Virus record (IMG/VR): IMGVR_UViG_3300045988_061800 | Span: 1-54,645 of that record | DNA length: 54,645 nucleotides | DNA from: a virus | Reading direction: 5' to 3' (one strand) | Part shown: positions 8,923 through 17,021 of the stretch, in pieces | Numbering within the stretch: the first letter of the stretch is position 1 | How the letters are laid out: the number at the start of each line of letters is the position of its first letter | Translations under genes and position numbers: made by a program | Notes under the pieces: model-generated | Databases searched by the model: none | What the model was told of the DNA's origin: nothing | Seen by the model: only the letters and a program-made list of their open reading frames with translations

Positions 8923-9688
8923 TGCGGATAATGCACGAGAGTGCTTTGGTGGTGATGGGGTGACTGGAGCCGTCATGAAGCGTATGTTTGATAGCCTACC
9001 CACCATCGACGCTGTGCCTGTGGTCAGGAGGCCGGTTCCGGGATATGAGGGGTATTATGAAGTGGACAATCTTGGAAGAGTGTTTAGCGTTGACAGAATT
9101 ATTCATGTAAATGACAATGGGAGAATTTATGATAAGCCAGTACATGGGGCAGTATTAAAACAAACAAATCATTCCAGAGGGTATAAAACAGTCCCGTTAA
9201 CGAAAAACGGGAAGACAAAGCAGGAATATGTCCACCGTATTGTTGCCTCTGCATTTATTCCAAACCCGGACAATCTTCCGGCAGTAAACCACAAAGACGA
9301 AGACAAAACAAATAATTTTGTTGAAAATTTGGAATGGTGTACAGTTGCATATAACAACAATTATGGGGGAAAAACCAAGAAGCAAGCGGAAAAAATTAGA
9401 GGAATATCGCATAACGAAGCCCACCGGGAAAAAATATCAAGTTCGTTAAAACAGTATTATAAGACACATATTTCTGCAAGTGCTGGTAGGGAAAGCGAGA
9501 AAAGAAAGCCAATTTTTCAGTTTGATTTAGATGGGAATTTTATAAGAGAATATTCGTCTGTTCATGAAGCATCTAGCGGAATTATTTCACGGAGAAGAAA
9601 TATAACAGCAGTCTGTAACGGGAAAAGAAAAAGTGCCTATGGCTATATTTGGCGTTGGGGCCAGCGAAAGGAGGCCGACCATGGCTAA
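8909..9688 (+). CDS. NUMOD4/HNH_3-type homing endonuclease
   Basis: GYEGYYEVDNLGRVFS is the NUMOD4 motif. HRIVASAFIPNP...NHKDEDKTNNFVENLEW is the HNH_3 pattern. Paralogue at 23368..23916. Confidence 0.75.
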   Translation: MRLVDADNARECFGGDGVTGAVMKRMFDSLPTIDAVPVVRRPVPGYEGYYEVDNLGRVFSVDRIIHVNDNGRIYDKPVHGAVLKQTNHSRGYKTVPLTKNGKTKQEYVHRIVASAFIPNPDNLPAVNHKDEDKTNNFVENLEWCTVAYNNNYGGKTKKQAEKIRGISHNEAHREKISSSLKQYYKTHISASAGRESEKRKPIFQFDLDGNFIREYSSVHEASSGIISRRRNITAVCNGKRKSAYGYIWRWGQRKEADHG

Positions 9689-10337
9689 TCTGATGTTTGC
9701 TGATGCAGAGTGCCCTAACTGCGGCAGAAACTGCGGAAATGGAGGACGCGGAGATATCTTCTACTGCCCCTCCTGTGGCTGGAAGGGAAAAATCAAGGGT
9801 GCCGAAAATGACATGAAGTTTATCGAGGAATATATTCGGTTTTGCATCGAACGTGACAAGGAGGCCAACCTAGACGAAGCCATCGAAAAGTACCTGAAAA
9901 TCAAGGAGGAGGCCAACATGGACAAGCCGAGAATTTGCGAGGTGCTTGGGGTTGAACCAGAAGAAAAGTTTGAAATTAGAGGAAACACGTTAGGGCGATT
10001 TCGTATCAATAAATATGGGACATTCCAGATTGAAATATCAAATGACTGCTGGGGATTCTCCACTGTGGAATGTCTTAACAATCTCATAAATCATCCAGAA
10101 AACATCGCCCGCAAGCCCCGCTGGACGGAGCAGGAGGTGGAGAGGGCGAAGGCTATCAAAGTGCTATATCCAGTTGTTAAAACATTGGCATACGTTGATA
10201 TAGTGGGACAGACATTTTACATGTATGATGACGAAGACAACTATAAGGGCAGTCTTGATAACCTTGATGAAACGTTTCCTACGCTGAGGAGCATAAGGCG
10301 GGCCACATTGGACGAGATCATCGGAGGTGCCCAATGA
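9681..10337 (+). CDS. Hypothetical protein with N-terminal Zn ribbon (CPNCG...CPSCG)
   Basis: ATG 9681 follows AAGGAGG. The track start 9633 lies inside the HNH gene. Confidence 0.55.
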   Translation: MANLMFADAECPNCGRNCGNGGRGDIFYCPSCGWKGKIKGAENDMKFIEEYIRFCIERDKEANLDEAIEKYLKIKEEANMDKPRICEVLGVEPEEKFEIRGNTLGRFRINKYGTFQIEISNDCWGFSTVECLNNLINHPENIARKPRWTEQEVERAKAIKVLYPVVKTLAYVDIVGQTFYMYDDEDNYKGSLDNLDETFPTLRSIRRATLDEIIGGAQ

Positions 10338-10759
10338 CCAGAGAAATCCTTTTCAAAGCCAAGCGGCTGGATAATGGCGAGTGGGTGAAAGGAAGCTTGA
10401 TTTCGTTTGCAGATGGAGGGCGATCGATTTTACCATCTGAGAGTGCTGTGCTTTACAAGAAGGGCGAGTCTCTTTTTTCTACTGTAAATTGCCTTGAGGT
10501 CGACCCTTCCACGCTCTGCCAGTACACCGGCCTGACCGACAAGAACGGGAGGAAAGTGTTTGTTGGGGACATTGTAAAATGCAGCCGTGGTTGCACCCAT
10601 GAGGTGGTATGGGTTCAGGAACACGGCGGAACCTTTATCGGAGGAATGCCAGCAATCTATCTATCTGACTTGATGCCAGGATACGCATGGACTGGTGAGG
10701 AAGAAATCATCGGCTCCATCCACGACGGGGAGGGCGGGCAACATGAGCGAGTGGATTAG
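10334..10759 (+). CDS. YopX-family protein
   Basis: ILFKAKRLDNGEWVKGSL...QYTGLTDKNGRKVFVGDIV is the characteristic YopX pattern. Confidence 0.7.
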   Translation: MTREILFKAKRLDNGEWVKGSLISFADGGRSILPSESAVLYKKGESLFSTVNCLEVDPSTLCQYTGLTDKNGRKVFVGDIVKCSRGCTHEVVWVQEHGGTFIGGMPAIYLSDLMPGYAWTGEEEIIGSIHDGEGGQHERVD

Positions 10760-11027
10760 CGTCAAGGACAGGCTGCCGGAAAGTCAAGCGGATGTCCTTG
10801 TGGTGGCGTTTTGGCATGAACGCTGGCAGACCATGATGGGCTGGCATAGTGACATGGGAAAGAAGTGGCGTGTCATTACACCACACGGAGAAAGAGAGCC
10901 GGGCGGTGTCACCCACTGGATGCCCCTCCCAGACCCGCCGAAGGAGGGATTTGAAACGGACAGGGGAGCAAGAAAGTATACGGCGGGAGAAATTAAGGAA
11001 TTAGCAAAGAAAGCATTTGAGGCTTGA
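10743..11027 (+). CDS. DUF551-domain protein
   Basis: WISVKDRLPE...VTHWMPLPDPPKE. Start at internal ATG 10743. Confidence 0.65.
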   Translation: MSEWISVKDRLPESQADVLVVAFWHERWQTMMGWHSDMGKKWRVITPHGEREPGGVTHWMPLPDPPKEGFETDRGARKYTAGEIKELAKKAFEA

Positions 11028-11052
11028 CAGAACGATTATTTTACATTATGAT
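11024..11052 (+). promoter_or_regulatory. Sigma-70-type promoter TTGACA-17-TATGAT
   Basis: TTGACA 11024-11029 and TATGAT 11047-11052, in an AT-rich intergenic gap. Confidence 0.5.
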
Positions 11053-11117
11053 ATAAAGGGGGATTATAAATAAAAATGAAATAAGATATTTCAAGTCTAC
11101 TTAATGCAGTAGGAGCC

Positions 11118-11228
11118 ATGTCCGAAATGCTCAAAGTATTCTATGACAATCTGATAAAACAGGGGTTCTCCCAGAAAGAGGCTCTTTACCTGACCAGCGA
11201 CTATATGAAGGCGGTGTTTGGGAAATGA
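11118..11228 (+). CDS. Putative 36-aa protein (MSEMLKVFYDNLIKQGFSQKEALYLTSDYMKAVFGK)
   Basis: Under 60 aa, so absent from the track. AGGAG lies directly upstream. Confidence 0.4.
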   Translation: MSEMLKVFYDNLIKQGFSQKEALYLTSDYMKAVFGK

Positions 11229-11389
11229 AATATAGCAATCCCGCTTGGGAGCCTTACTTTGAGGACATTTCCCCAATCCTATCAAAACTCTACTTCCTGA
11301 CCAACTCAGGGACTATCAGATACATCATGGCGACTATGATTTTCAAGAAGATGTCCTTTCTCGAATGGAGGAACGAACATTGGACTTAA
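11225..11389 (+). CDS. Putative 54-aa protein
   Basis: ATGA overlap with the preceding small ORF. Overlaps the next ORF by 25 nt. Confidence 0.3.
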   Translation: MKYSNPAWEPYFEDISPILSKLYFLTNSGTIRYIMATMIFKKMSFLEWRNEHWT

Positions 11390-11679
11390 CAAAATACGAA
11401 ATGGAAACTATCTACAACTACAATCAGGAAGAGCCTCTTGCATCCTGCTATACGATGGATCGTGCCCTGATTCGCCGATTAGATGTACTTGCCGGAAAAC
11501 ACAAAGAAATTACTGTAGTTCGAACAGGTGAAGGTGTGAGGGAATATACTTTCCCCAAGAAGTGGATTAAAGTCCGCGCTCCGAAGGAACTATCGGACGA
11601 ACAGCGGGAAAACATGGCAAAGAGAGCAAGAGAGAGGTTTGGGTTTGCGAAAGAAGGTGACAACTCTGAACAAGAATGA
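11365..11679 (+). CDS. Hypothetical protein (104 aa)
   Basis: ORF track. Confidence 0.5.
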   Translation: MEERTLDLTKYEMETIYNYNQEEPLASCYTMDRALIRRLDVLAGKHKEITVVRTGEGVREYTFPKKWIKVRAPKELSDEQRENMAKRARERFGFAKEGDNSEQE

Positions 11680-11686
11680 TGTGACT

Positions 11687-12220
11687 ATGGAGCAGGTCGT
11701 AAAACGGAAAAGAAACCGTCCAGACCTACAGCAGTTCGGGTATGAACTTGCGGAGCCGGGAGATAACAGCAAAGCGACTATGTTTATCCAAGCCCTCAAC
11801 AAATTTGATAGAGTTGACCTCTCTGACGAGAATGCTGTAAAGCAGAGAATTGACGAGTTCTGGCAACTCTGCATCGACTTTGACACAAAGCCACAGGTAT
11901 CTGGTATGGCTGATGTGCTTGGACTTGATAGGCGGCGACTATGGGAAATTACTCATGATGTTGTCGGGAGAAACCTTGAATGCAGCTCTGCGACAAGGGA
12001 CTTGATAAAAAAAGAGTACAGAAAACTTGAGGTTTTATGGGAGTATTACATCCTGAATGGTAAGGTAAACCCGGTTTCTGCAATCTTTTTGGGGAAGAAC
12101 AACTTTGATTACGCAGACCGCCAAGAAATCACTCTCACGCCTGGAACACCTCTCGGCGACTCTCCCGACCAAAAGCAGCTTGAGGAACGGATCGCTAGGT
12201 CTGTAGTGGTGGATGAGTAA
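11687..12220 (+). CDS. terS: Terminase small subunit (candidate)
   Basis: HTH-like KPQVSGMADVLGLDRRRLWEI, plus GKVNPVSAIFLGKNNFDYADRQE, which resembles the conserved C-terminal motif of Firmicute phage TerS proteins. Confidence 0.55.
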   Translation: MEQVVKRKRNRPDLQQFGYELAEPGDNSKATMFIQALNKFDRVDLSDENAVKQRIDEFWQLCIDFDTKPQVSGMADVLGLDRRRLWEITHDVVGRNLECSSATRDLIKKEYRKLEVLWEYYILNGKVNPVSAIFLGKNNFDYADRQEITLTPGTPLGDSPDQKQLEERIARSVVVDE

Positions 12221-12524
12221 ACGACTATCGACTATAGTAGCGACTATGGCTGAAGATTCGCCAGGGACTAGCGACTATGACAGCCTCACGCGCGGGAGGT
12301 TGTGCCCACTAAAGGCTGCACAATCTCCAGGGCTGGCACTTTGGAGCCTAGACCCCGTGCCCGATTTGGCCGCAACGCTGAAAACTAGCGTGATTAAGTT
12401 CCAGGCCGACGGCAAGCTGCCCCGCGTGGAGTATATCGGCGGGCGTTGTGACGGCCCCCGCTGCGCCTGGTGGGACGCAGACAAAGAGCGCTGCGCCGTC
12501 CTATCGCTGGCCCGTAACAAATGA
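12213..12524 (+). CDS. Hypothetical protein (103 aa; start uncertain, alternative ATG 12246)
   Basis: ORF track. The N-terminal codons coincide with the CGACTAT repeat array. The C-terminus GGRCDGPRCAWWDADKERC looks protein-like. Confidence 0.4.
   Translation: MSKRLSTIVATMAEDSPGTSDYDSLTRGRLCPLKAAQSPGLALWSLDPVPDLAATLKTSVIKFQADGKLPRVEYIGGRCDGPRCAWWDADKERCAVLSLARNK
12222..12278 (+). repeat. Cluster of four direct CGACTAT heptamers (further copies at 11198, 11331, 11775)
   Basis: CGACTAT at 12222, 12229, 12241 and 12272, plus GACTA at 12266. All on the same strand, directly after the terS stop. Confidence 0.7.
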
Positions 12525-12529
12525 CAATG

Positions 12530-12570
12530 CCCCGGCTCTCTCCTGATGGAGTGGGCCGGGGTTGCTTTAT
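12530..12570 (+). terminator. Hairpin CCCCGGC...GCCGGGG followed by TTGCTTTAT
   Basis: 7-bp GC stem (12530-36 / 12555-61) directly after the stop at 12524. The T tract is weak. Confidence 0.5.
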
Positions 12571-12822
12571 GCATTGTGTGGCGCTGTGCGGTCCTCTGTA
12601 CGGAGTTTTGTGGCATTGGAATATAGAGACACCGCCAGACATTAAAACTGATCTACGGGCCTGTAAATGGCCTTTGCGGCGGTTCTGCTTTTTGGGGCGT
12701 GATCTCTTTGTTGGTCACGGGCGCAAAAATGCCGCTTGCTGACCGTAGGAGGCCACGCAAGCAGCGGGAAGTTGCTGGGGAGTGTAGGGATATGGGCGGA
12801 CACGCTGGAGGGACTGGAGGGC

Positions 12823-12848
12823 AAAAAAACCGCCCCATAGCGGGGCGG
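12823..12848 (-). terminator. Rho-independent terminator of the leftward operon
   Basis: The minus strand reads CCGCCCC-GCTAT-GGGGCGG followed by TTTTTTT. Confidence 0.7.
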
Positions 12849-13023
12849 GTGGTATCTAAGTTAGCATCCGACGCGGCAGATGCCTCCATCGGAAAAGAAA
12901 AGAGAGCCTACTTAGTAAGCCCTCTCTTCTTGCCGTATTAATATACATATCTATATTTCAATCCGTGGGGCCAGGGTCGAGGCCCACCAGAAAGCTGCGC
13001 CTCAGCCTCCCGACGCTTTTATA

Positions 13024-13287
13024 TTACACTTCGCGGCGGCCTTTGTCAACTCCCAGGTCAATAGCGGATTTGAGCAGAGACATAACCTTCCCGATATGCT
13101 GGGCAGGGTACTTGCTCCACCAATCATCCGGGATAAGGTCCACCAGCTCGGCACAAGTGTCAGGGTAGGCTCTCCAGCCGCTACACTCTTTTGCTTGTTC
13201 AACTTTTAGCGCCGACCGGCGTTCTTCTGCTGTCAGCCCCTCATAGGCTTCGCGGGTGAATACCTCTTTAGCAGTCAGCTTTTTCAT
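13024..13287 (-). CDS. Hypothetical protein (87 aa)
   Basis: ORF track. GAAGGGAGAG RBS upstream. Confidence 0.6.
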   Translation of the reverse strand: MKKLTAKEVFTREAYEGLTAEERRSALKVEQAKECSGWRAYPDTCAELVDLIPDDWWSKYPAQHIGKVMSLLKSAIDLGVDKGRREV

Positions 13288-13331
13288 GGTTTGCTCTCCC
13301 TTCTCCCCTGCGCGGGGCCTCCATTGTGTTG

Positions 13332-13360
13332 ATTGTATCGCGCCCGCTTAGGGCAGTCAA
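13332..13360 (-). promoter_or_regulatory. Internal leftward promoter TTGACT-17-TACAAT
   Basis: Read on the minus strand: TTGACTgccctaagcgggcgcgaTACAAT. Confidence 0.45.
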
Positions 13361-13418
13361 GATTTTTTCGCCGTCTCCCAGATCACCATCAAGGGAAGGG
13401 CAAGAATAAATAGGATAA

Positions 13419-13568
13419 TCAAGCGGGGGGCACCTCCTCGGCGCTTTGTGGGAACAGCGGCGGATCATCAAGCGGGCAGTCATATTGTACTTGATCGCAC
13501 ATATTCCGTTCTTGGCATTGGCTGCAATCTATCCGGCCCCAGTCGTCCGGGTTGTGCATGTTAAGCAT
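13419..13568 (-). CDS. Small acidic Cys-containing protein (49 aa)
   Basis: GGAGGAAATAAAAATG on the minus strand supports the start at 13568. MLNMHNPDDWGRIDCSQCQERNMCDQ... Confidence 0.5.
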   Translation of the reverse strand: MLNMHNPDDWGRIDCSQCQERNMCDQVQYDCPLDDPPLFPQSAEEVPPA

Positions 13569-13599
13569 TTTTATTTCCTCCATTCTCCCGGCGGGCGAG

Positions 13600-13794
13600 T
13601 CAAGCCCAATTAAATACAAGCTGCGGGAACATTTTTTCAATCTGCGCCGCCTCTTTTGCGAAATAATCTCCAATAATGCGCCCGTTTTTGTAGATATTCC
13701 CGCGATAAATGCAATCTAAATCAGAAAAGAAAATATCGATTTTATCAGCGTCGCGGGGGCTGTCTCCATACCACATATCAAGATATTTTCCCAT
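13600..13794 (-). CDS. Hypothetical protein (64 aa)
   Basis: ORF track. Tightly packed in the leftward operon. Confidence 0.55.
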   Translation of the reverse strand: MGKYLDMWYGDSPRDADKIDIFFSDLDCIYRGNIYKNGRIIGDYFAKEAAQIEKMFPQLVFNWA

Positions 13795-13797
13795 GTC

Positions 13798-14115
13798 TTA
13801 CACCTCATAACTAGAATCAATATATTCTGCTTTGTAACTGGCTTCTAAGCTGGCGGCAACAGCTCGGCGGGTTGCGGCGTTAAAAACCGTGTGCCACGTT
13901 GCAGGCTCTGCAAACTCCTTGCAATACAGCTTTGCGGCGGCCTCTGCGACGTGTTCCCACGCCTTGCAAGCCTTGGCCTTGTCATAAGTCCTGGCCTTGG
14001 CTTTGCGGGTCAGGTTGCGTATTGTGGGCACGGTGTAAGCATCATAGATGCGGCGGGTGTTTTCGGTGTACAATTCCAGCTCACGGGCTGCGGCCTGGTC
14101 AATGGTGGTTTTCAT
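13798..14115 (-). CDS. Hypothetical protein (105 aa)
   Basis: ORF track. AAGGAGGAAATCTAAATG on the minus strand. Confidence 0.6.
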   Translation of the reverse strand: MKTTIDQAAARELELYTENTRRIYDAYTVPTIRNLTRKAKARTYDKAKACKAWEHVAEAAAKLYCKEFAEPATWHTVFNAATRRAVAASLEASYKAEYIDSSYEV

Positions 14116-14128
14116 TTAGATTTCCTCC

Positions 14129-14157
14129 TTGTCATGGAGGGCCCGCCCTGGTATAAT
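14129..14157 (+). promoter_or_regulatory. Rightward (antisense) promoter TTGTCA-17-TGgTATAAT inside the leftward operon
   Basis: TTGTCA 14129-34, extended -10 TGg at 14149-51, TATAAT 14152-57. Three GCCCTGGT repeats at 14145, 14164 and 14195 overlap or follow it. Confidence 0.5.
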
Positions 14158-14233
14158 GGGCTTGCCCTGGTTGGTGGTTCTTCTGGGGTTTCTTGCCCTG
14201 GTCACTATTGCTAGTAGTGGCCGGGGCTTTTAT

Positions 14234-14428
14234 TTACCAAAAATCGTCCGGGCTAAATAGCGTGTCTGCGTATGCGTCATAGATTAGCCAGTCATCAACG
14301 ATTTTCTCAGCGTTTGCAATCTCTCCATAACTGGCGCACTCATCGCAAGTTTCCTGCAAGTGCTGGTCAAGATAGATTCCCTTTAGCTGGTTTATTTGTT
14401 CCCGTGTCAAGTCGTGCACTGTAAGCAT
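14234..14428 (-). CDS. Small acidic protein (64 aa)
   Basis: ORF track. AGGAGGG RBS. D/E-rich. Confidence 0.6.
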   Translation of the reverse strand: MLTVHDLTREQINQLKGIYLDQHLQETCDECASYGEIANAEKIVDDWLIYDAYADTLFSPDDFW

Positions 14429-14525
14429 TTTCTTTCCCTCCTGGCCTGTGACCTTGCTTTTCCCTGCCGGTTGTGTTATAGTGGGGGCGACATGTGGCAG
14501 GCCATGCCGCCCCGTGTTGTGCTTT

Positions 14526-14568
14526 AGGCTCCCTGTGCTGTGCTAGGCTGCGGGGAGCCTATTCTTTT
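14526..14568 (+). terminator. Plus-strand-specific terminator-like hairpin (AGGCTCCC...GGGAGCCT + ATTCTTTT)
   Basis: 8-bp stem 14526-33 / 14553-60. The T-rich tail exists only on the plus strand. Confidence 0.45.
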
Positions 14569-14698
14569 ACTGCTTGGGGATTGCGTCCCGGATAATGCGG
14601 GCCGCATCCTGCGGGTCTTTGGCTGTGGCCTCTACCAGCTTCGCCAGGGTTTCAAGGTAAGATGCTAACTCGATCTGGGTCATGCTATCAATCTCCAT
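14567..14698 (-). CDS. Putative 43-aa protein (MEIDSMTQIELASYLETLAKLVEATAKDPQDAARIIRDAIPKQ)
   Basis: Under 60 aa. AGGAGG lies 7 nt upstream on the minus strand. First gene of the leftward operon. Confidence 0.5.
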   Translation of the reverse strand: MEIDSMTQIELASYLETLAKLVEATAKDPQDAARIIRDAIPKQ

Positions 14699-14750
14699 TT
14701 CGTTACCTCCTGCCCGGTAGATTCAGCGCGGTTTCCCTTGCTGTGATTAT

Positions 14751-14779
14751 ATGATAGCATATTTGTTTGATGTAGTCAA
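14751..14779 (-). promoter_or_regulatory. Leftward promoter TTGACT-17-TATCAT
   Basis: Read on the minus strand, in the AT-rich divergent region. Confidence 0.45.
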
Positions 14780-14996
14780 TATGATTTGCAAATATTTTTA
14801 TTTATTTTTTGAGTGGGTGCGATTTGTGCCAAATTATTATTATATATGTGTAGGCTGTTTGGTATGGGTATACCCCAGATAATCAAGGTATTACAAGGAT
14901 AACGGGCCGCCGGGCACCCCCGGGGGATAGGACAGGGCGGCCACCCACCACCTGAGCCCCCCTACCACAGAAAAATTAAAAAAAGCAAAAAACATG

Positions 14997-15026
14997 TTGA
15001 CAAACAACAAAATTATTTGTTATAAT
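14997..15026 (+). promoter_or_regulatory. Near-consensus promoter TTGACA-18-TATAAT with TGt extended -10
   Basis: TTGACA 14997-15002 and TATAAT 15021-26, 30 nt upstream of the recombinase start. Confidence 0.65.
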
Positions 15027-15056
15027 GAATTTGCAAACAAAAGGAGGCGAGATGGG

Positions 15057-15722
15057 ATGGCTGAGAGCATTTGTGTTGGATATGCGCGGGTGTCCTCGAA
15101 AGACCAAAATGAGGAGCGGCAGACTAAAATGCTGAAAGAGGCCGGAGTGCCGGAGCGGTACATCTTCATTGATAAAGAGAGCGGGCGGGACTACAACCGG
15201 GACAAATGGAACGCGATGATGACTGTAATCCGAAAGGGTGATACGGTTTTTGTGTGCAGCCTTGACCGGCTCGGAAGAAATTACACTGAGACTGGAAAAC
15301 AGTGGGAACATATCACGAAGGAGATCGGAGCAGATATTGTTGTGCTGGATATGCCCATTTTGGATACCAGGAAAACGAACGATCTCACAGGAACGCTGAT
15401 TGCTGATATTGTATTGAAAGTTCTTTCGTATGTGGCTGAGAAGGAAAGAATCAACACGCATGAGCGGCAGGCCCAAGGGATTGCTCTTGCTAAGGACAGA
15501 GGCGCATATAAAGGAAGAAAGCCGATTGAAATAGATGAGGTGGCTTTCGATGCAGCCTACAAAGAAGTTCTGTCTGATGGGAGGACGAACAAGTGGGCGA
15601 TGGAAAAGTTGGGGTTGCGTCCAAACACCTACTATAAGGCAGTTGCGAAGTATCGGGCGGAACACGGGTTGCCTCCGCTGGAGAGCCGAAACAAAAAGGG
15701 GGTAAAAAAGGGGGATGTTTAA
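15057..15722 (+). CDS. Small serine recombinase (resolvase/invertase type, 221 aa)
   Basis: VGYARVSSKDQNEERQ holds the catalytic Ser motif. Also DRLGRN. AAGGAGG lies upstream of ATG 15057. Confidence 0.85.
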   Translation: MAESICVGYARVSSKDQNEERQTKMLKEAGVPERYIFIDKESGRDYNRDKWNAMMTVIRKGDTVFVCSLDRLGRNYTETGKQWEHITKEIGADIVVLDMPILDTRKTNDLTGTLIADIVLKVLSYVAEKERINTHERQAQGIALAKDRGAYKGRKPIEIDEVAFDAAYKEVLSDGRTNKWAMEKLGLRPNTYYKAVAKYRAEHGLPPLESRNKKGVKKGDV

Positions 15723-16860
15723 CGAGGCAAACAAGAAACAGGTTCTTGAAATGCAGGATCAGTTTTATTCTGACAGAATCGGGAAAGTGTACGGCGATTT
15801 TGAAGTTACCCGTGTTTGGTATGATTGGGAAACACATAAACAGATGTGGGAGCTAACCTGTCAGAAGTGCGGAAGGAAGAAAGTCACGCATAACGGGAAA
15901 GATTATGCGAAAGGGAAGAATCAAGGGATTTGTGGGTGTGAAACAAGAAAAAGAATAGCAGCGGAAAAGGAAACCGCAAGGATTAAAAGAGAAAATTTGC
16001 CAAGCAACCCAAAGTGGATTGGGCAGAAAATTGGATGCTGGGAGATAATTGGATATAAAACGGGATTCGGCTGGAAAACGAGATGTACCTTTTGTGGTGC
16101 AGAGAATTACCACGCTCCAAAGTTTTTGTTGAGAGAAAATCCTATGGTTTGTATTTGCCAAACAAACCGAGGAAAGTTTGATATAGAAAAATGGAGAGGT
16201 GTTCGAAAATACCATCTAACCGTTGTTGGAAAACGCAAAAAGATGTTTGTGTGCAGATGTGATTGCGGTAGATCAGTTGAAGTAAATCCGGTGCTTTTTG
16301 AAAATGGGAAAATAAAGAGTTGTGGAAAAGCAGATTGTATTCATCATAAGTCCCTTATTAGTACACATGGATTATCAAAAGATAGGATATACAGAATTTG
16401 GAGCGGAATGAAAGAGCGGTGTTATAACCACAAAAACCATGCGTGGAAAACATACGGTGGGCGAGGAATAGACATTTGTGATGAATGGAGAGAGGATGTG
16501 TTTGCGTTTAGGGATTGGGCTCTGTCGCATGGGTATGCCGATAATTTATCAATAGACCGAATTGATAACGACAAAGGGTACTCACCAGATAATTGTAGGT
16601 GGGCTGATGCAAAGGCGCAAGCAAACAATCAACATCCGAAATATACATTTACCGCAAGACCAACCGAAAAGCGGAGCAGGAAACGGAAACTGGAATGGGA
16701 GATTAATGGAGAAACGAAGTCGGCCATTGATTGGTGCGAGCAATACGGATTGAGCTTTTCTTTTGTATCTTACCGCATTAAGAAAATGGGCATGACACCA
16801 TACGAGGCATTAACCACGCCGAAAGTTACCGCTGGTAGGCCAAAAACGACAATATCCTAA
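15715..16860 (+). CDS. Endonuclease-like DNA-binding protein: three Zn-ribbon repeats plus a C-terminal domain paralogous to 28056..28520
   Basis: The module G-x2-(F/Y)G...W-x-C-x-C-x-CG...CGC repeats three times. C-terminal RIYRIWSGMKERCYNHKNHAWKTYGGRGIDICDEW...SIDRIDNDKGYSPDNCRW. Confidence 0.6.
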   Translation: MFNEANKKQVLEMQDQFYSDRIGKVYGDFEVTRVWYDWETHKQMWELTCQKCGRKKVTHNGKDYAKGKNQGICGCETRKRIAAEKETARIKRENLPSNPKWIGQKIGCWEIIGYKTGFGWKTRCTFCGAENYHAPKFLLRENPMVCICQTNRGKFDIEKWRGVRKYHLTVVGKRKKMFVCRCDCGRSVEVNPVLFENGKIKSCGKADCIHHKSLISTHGLSKDRIYRIWSGMKERCYNHKNHAWKTYGGRGIDICDEWREDVFAFRDWALSHGYADNLSIDRIDNDKGYSPDNCRWADAKAQANNQHPKYTFTARPTEKRSRKRKLEWEINGETKSAIDWCEQYGLSFSFVSYRIKKMGMTPYEALTTPKVTAGRPKTTIS

Positions 16861-17021
16861 AAAATAAAAAAAGACGGCTCCATCACAGTGGAGGCCGCCT
16901 GCAAGCAGATTGGGATTAGTAAGATCCAGTGGTATGTGCTGGAAAGGAGAGCTTTCTAAAATCCCGTGAAAAAAAGGCGCATTGAAAAATCGCCGCACAA
17001 AACAAAAAGAGGGTGGTTTTG

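Noticed and set aside
12600-12950. ORFs 12521..12742, 12699..12941 (plus) and 12642..12824, 12653..12889 (minus) in the gap after terS
   Set aside because: They have no RBS, Pro/Arg/Ser-rich composition, and overlap each other in several frames. The region contains terminator hairpins and is better treated as non-coding.
14156-14260. 34-aa hydrophobic peptide MGLPWLVVLLGFLALVTIASSGRGFYLPKIVRAK, considered as a type I toxin paired with the antisense promoter
   Set aside because: There is no SD. Its ATG lies inside the -10 box, so the predicted transcript would not contain it. The hydrophobic run is produced by the GCCCTGGT DNA repeats.
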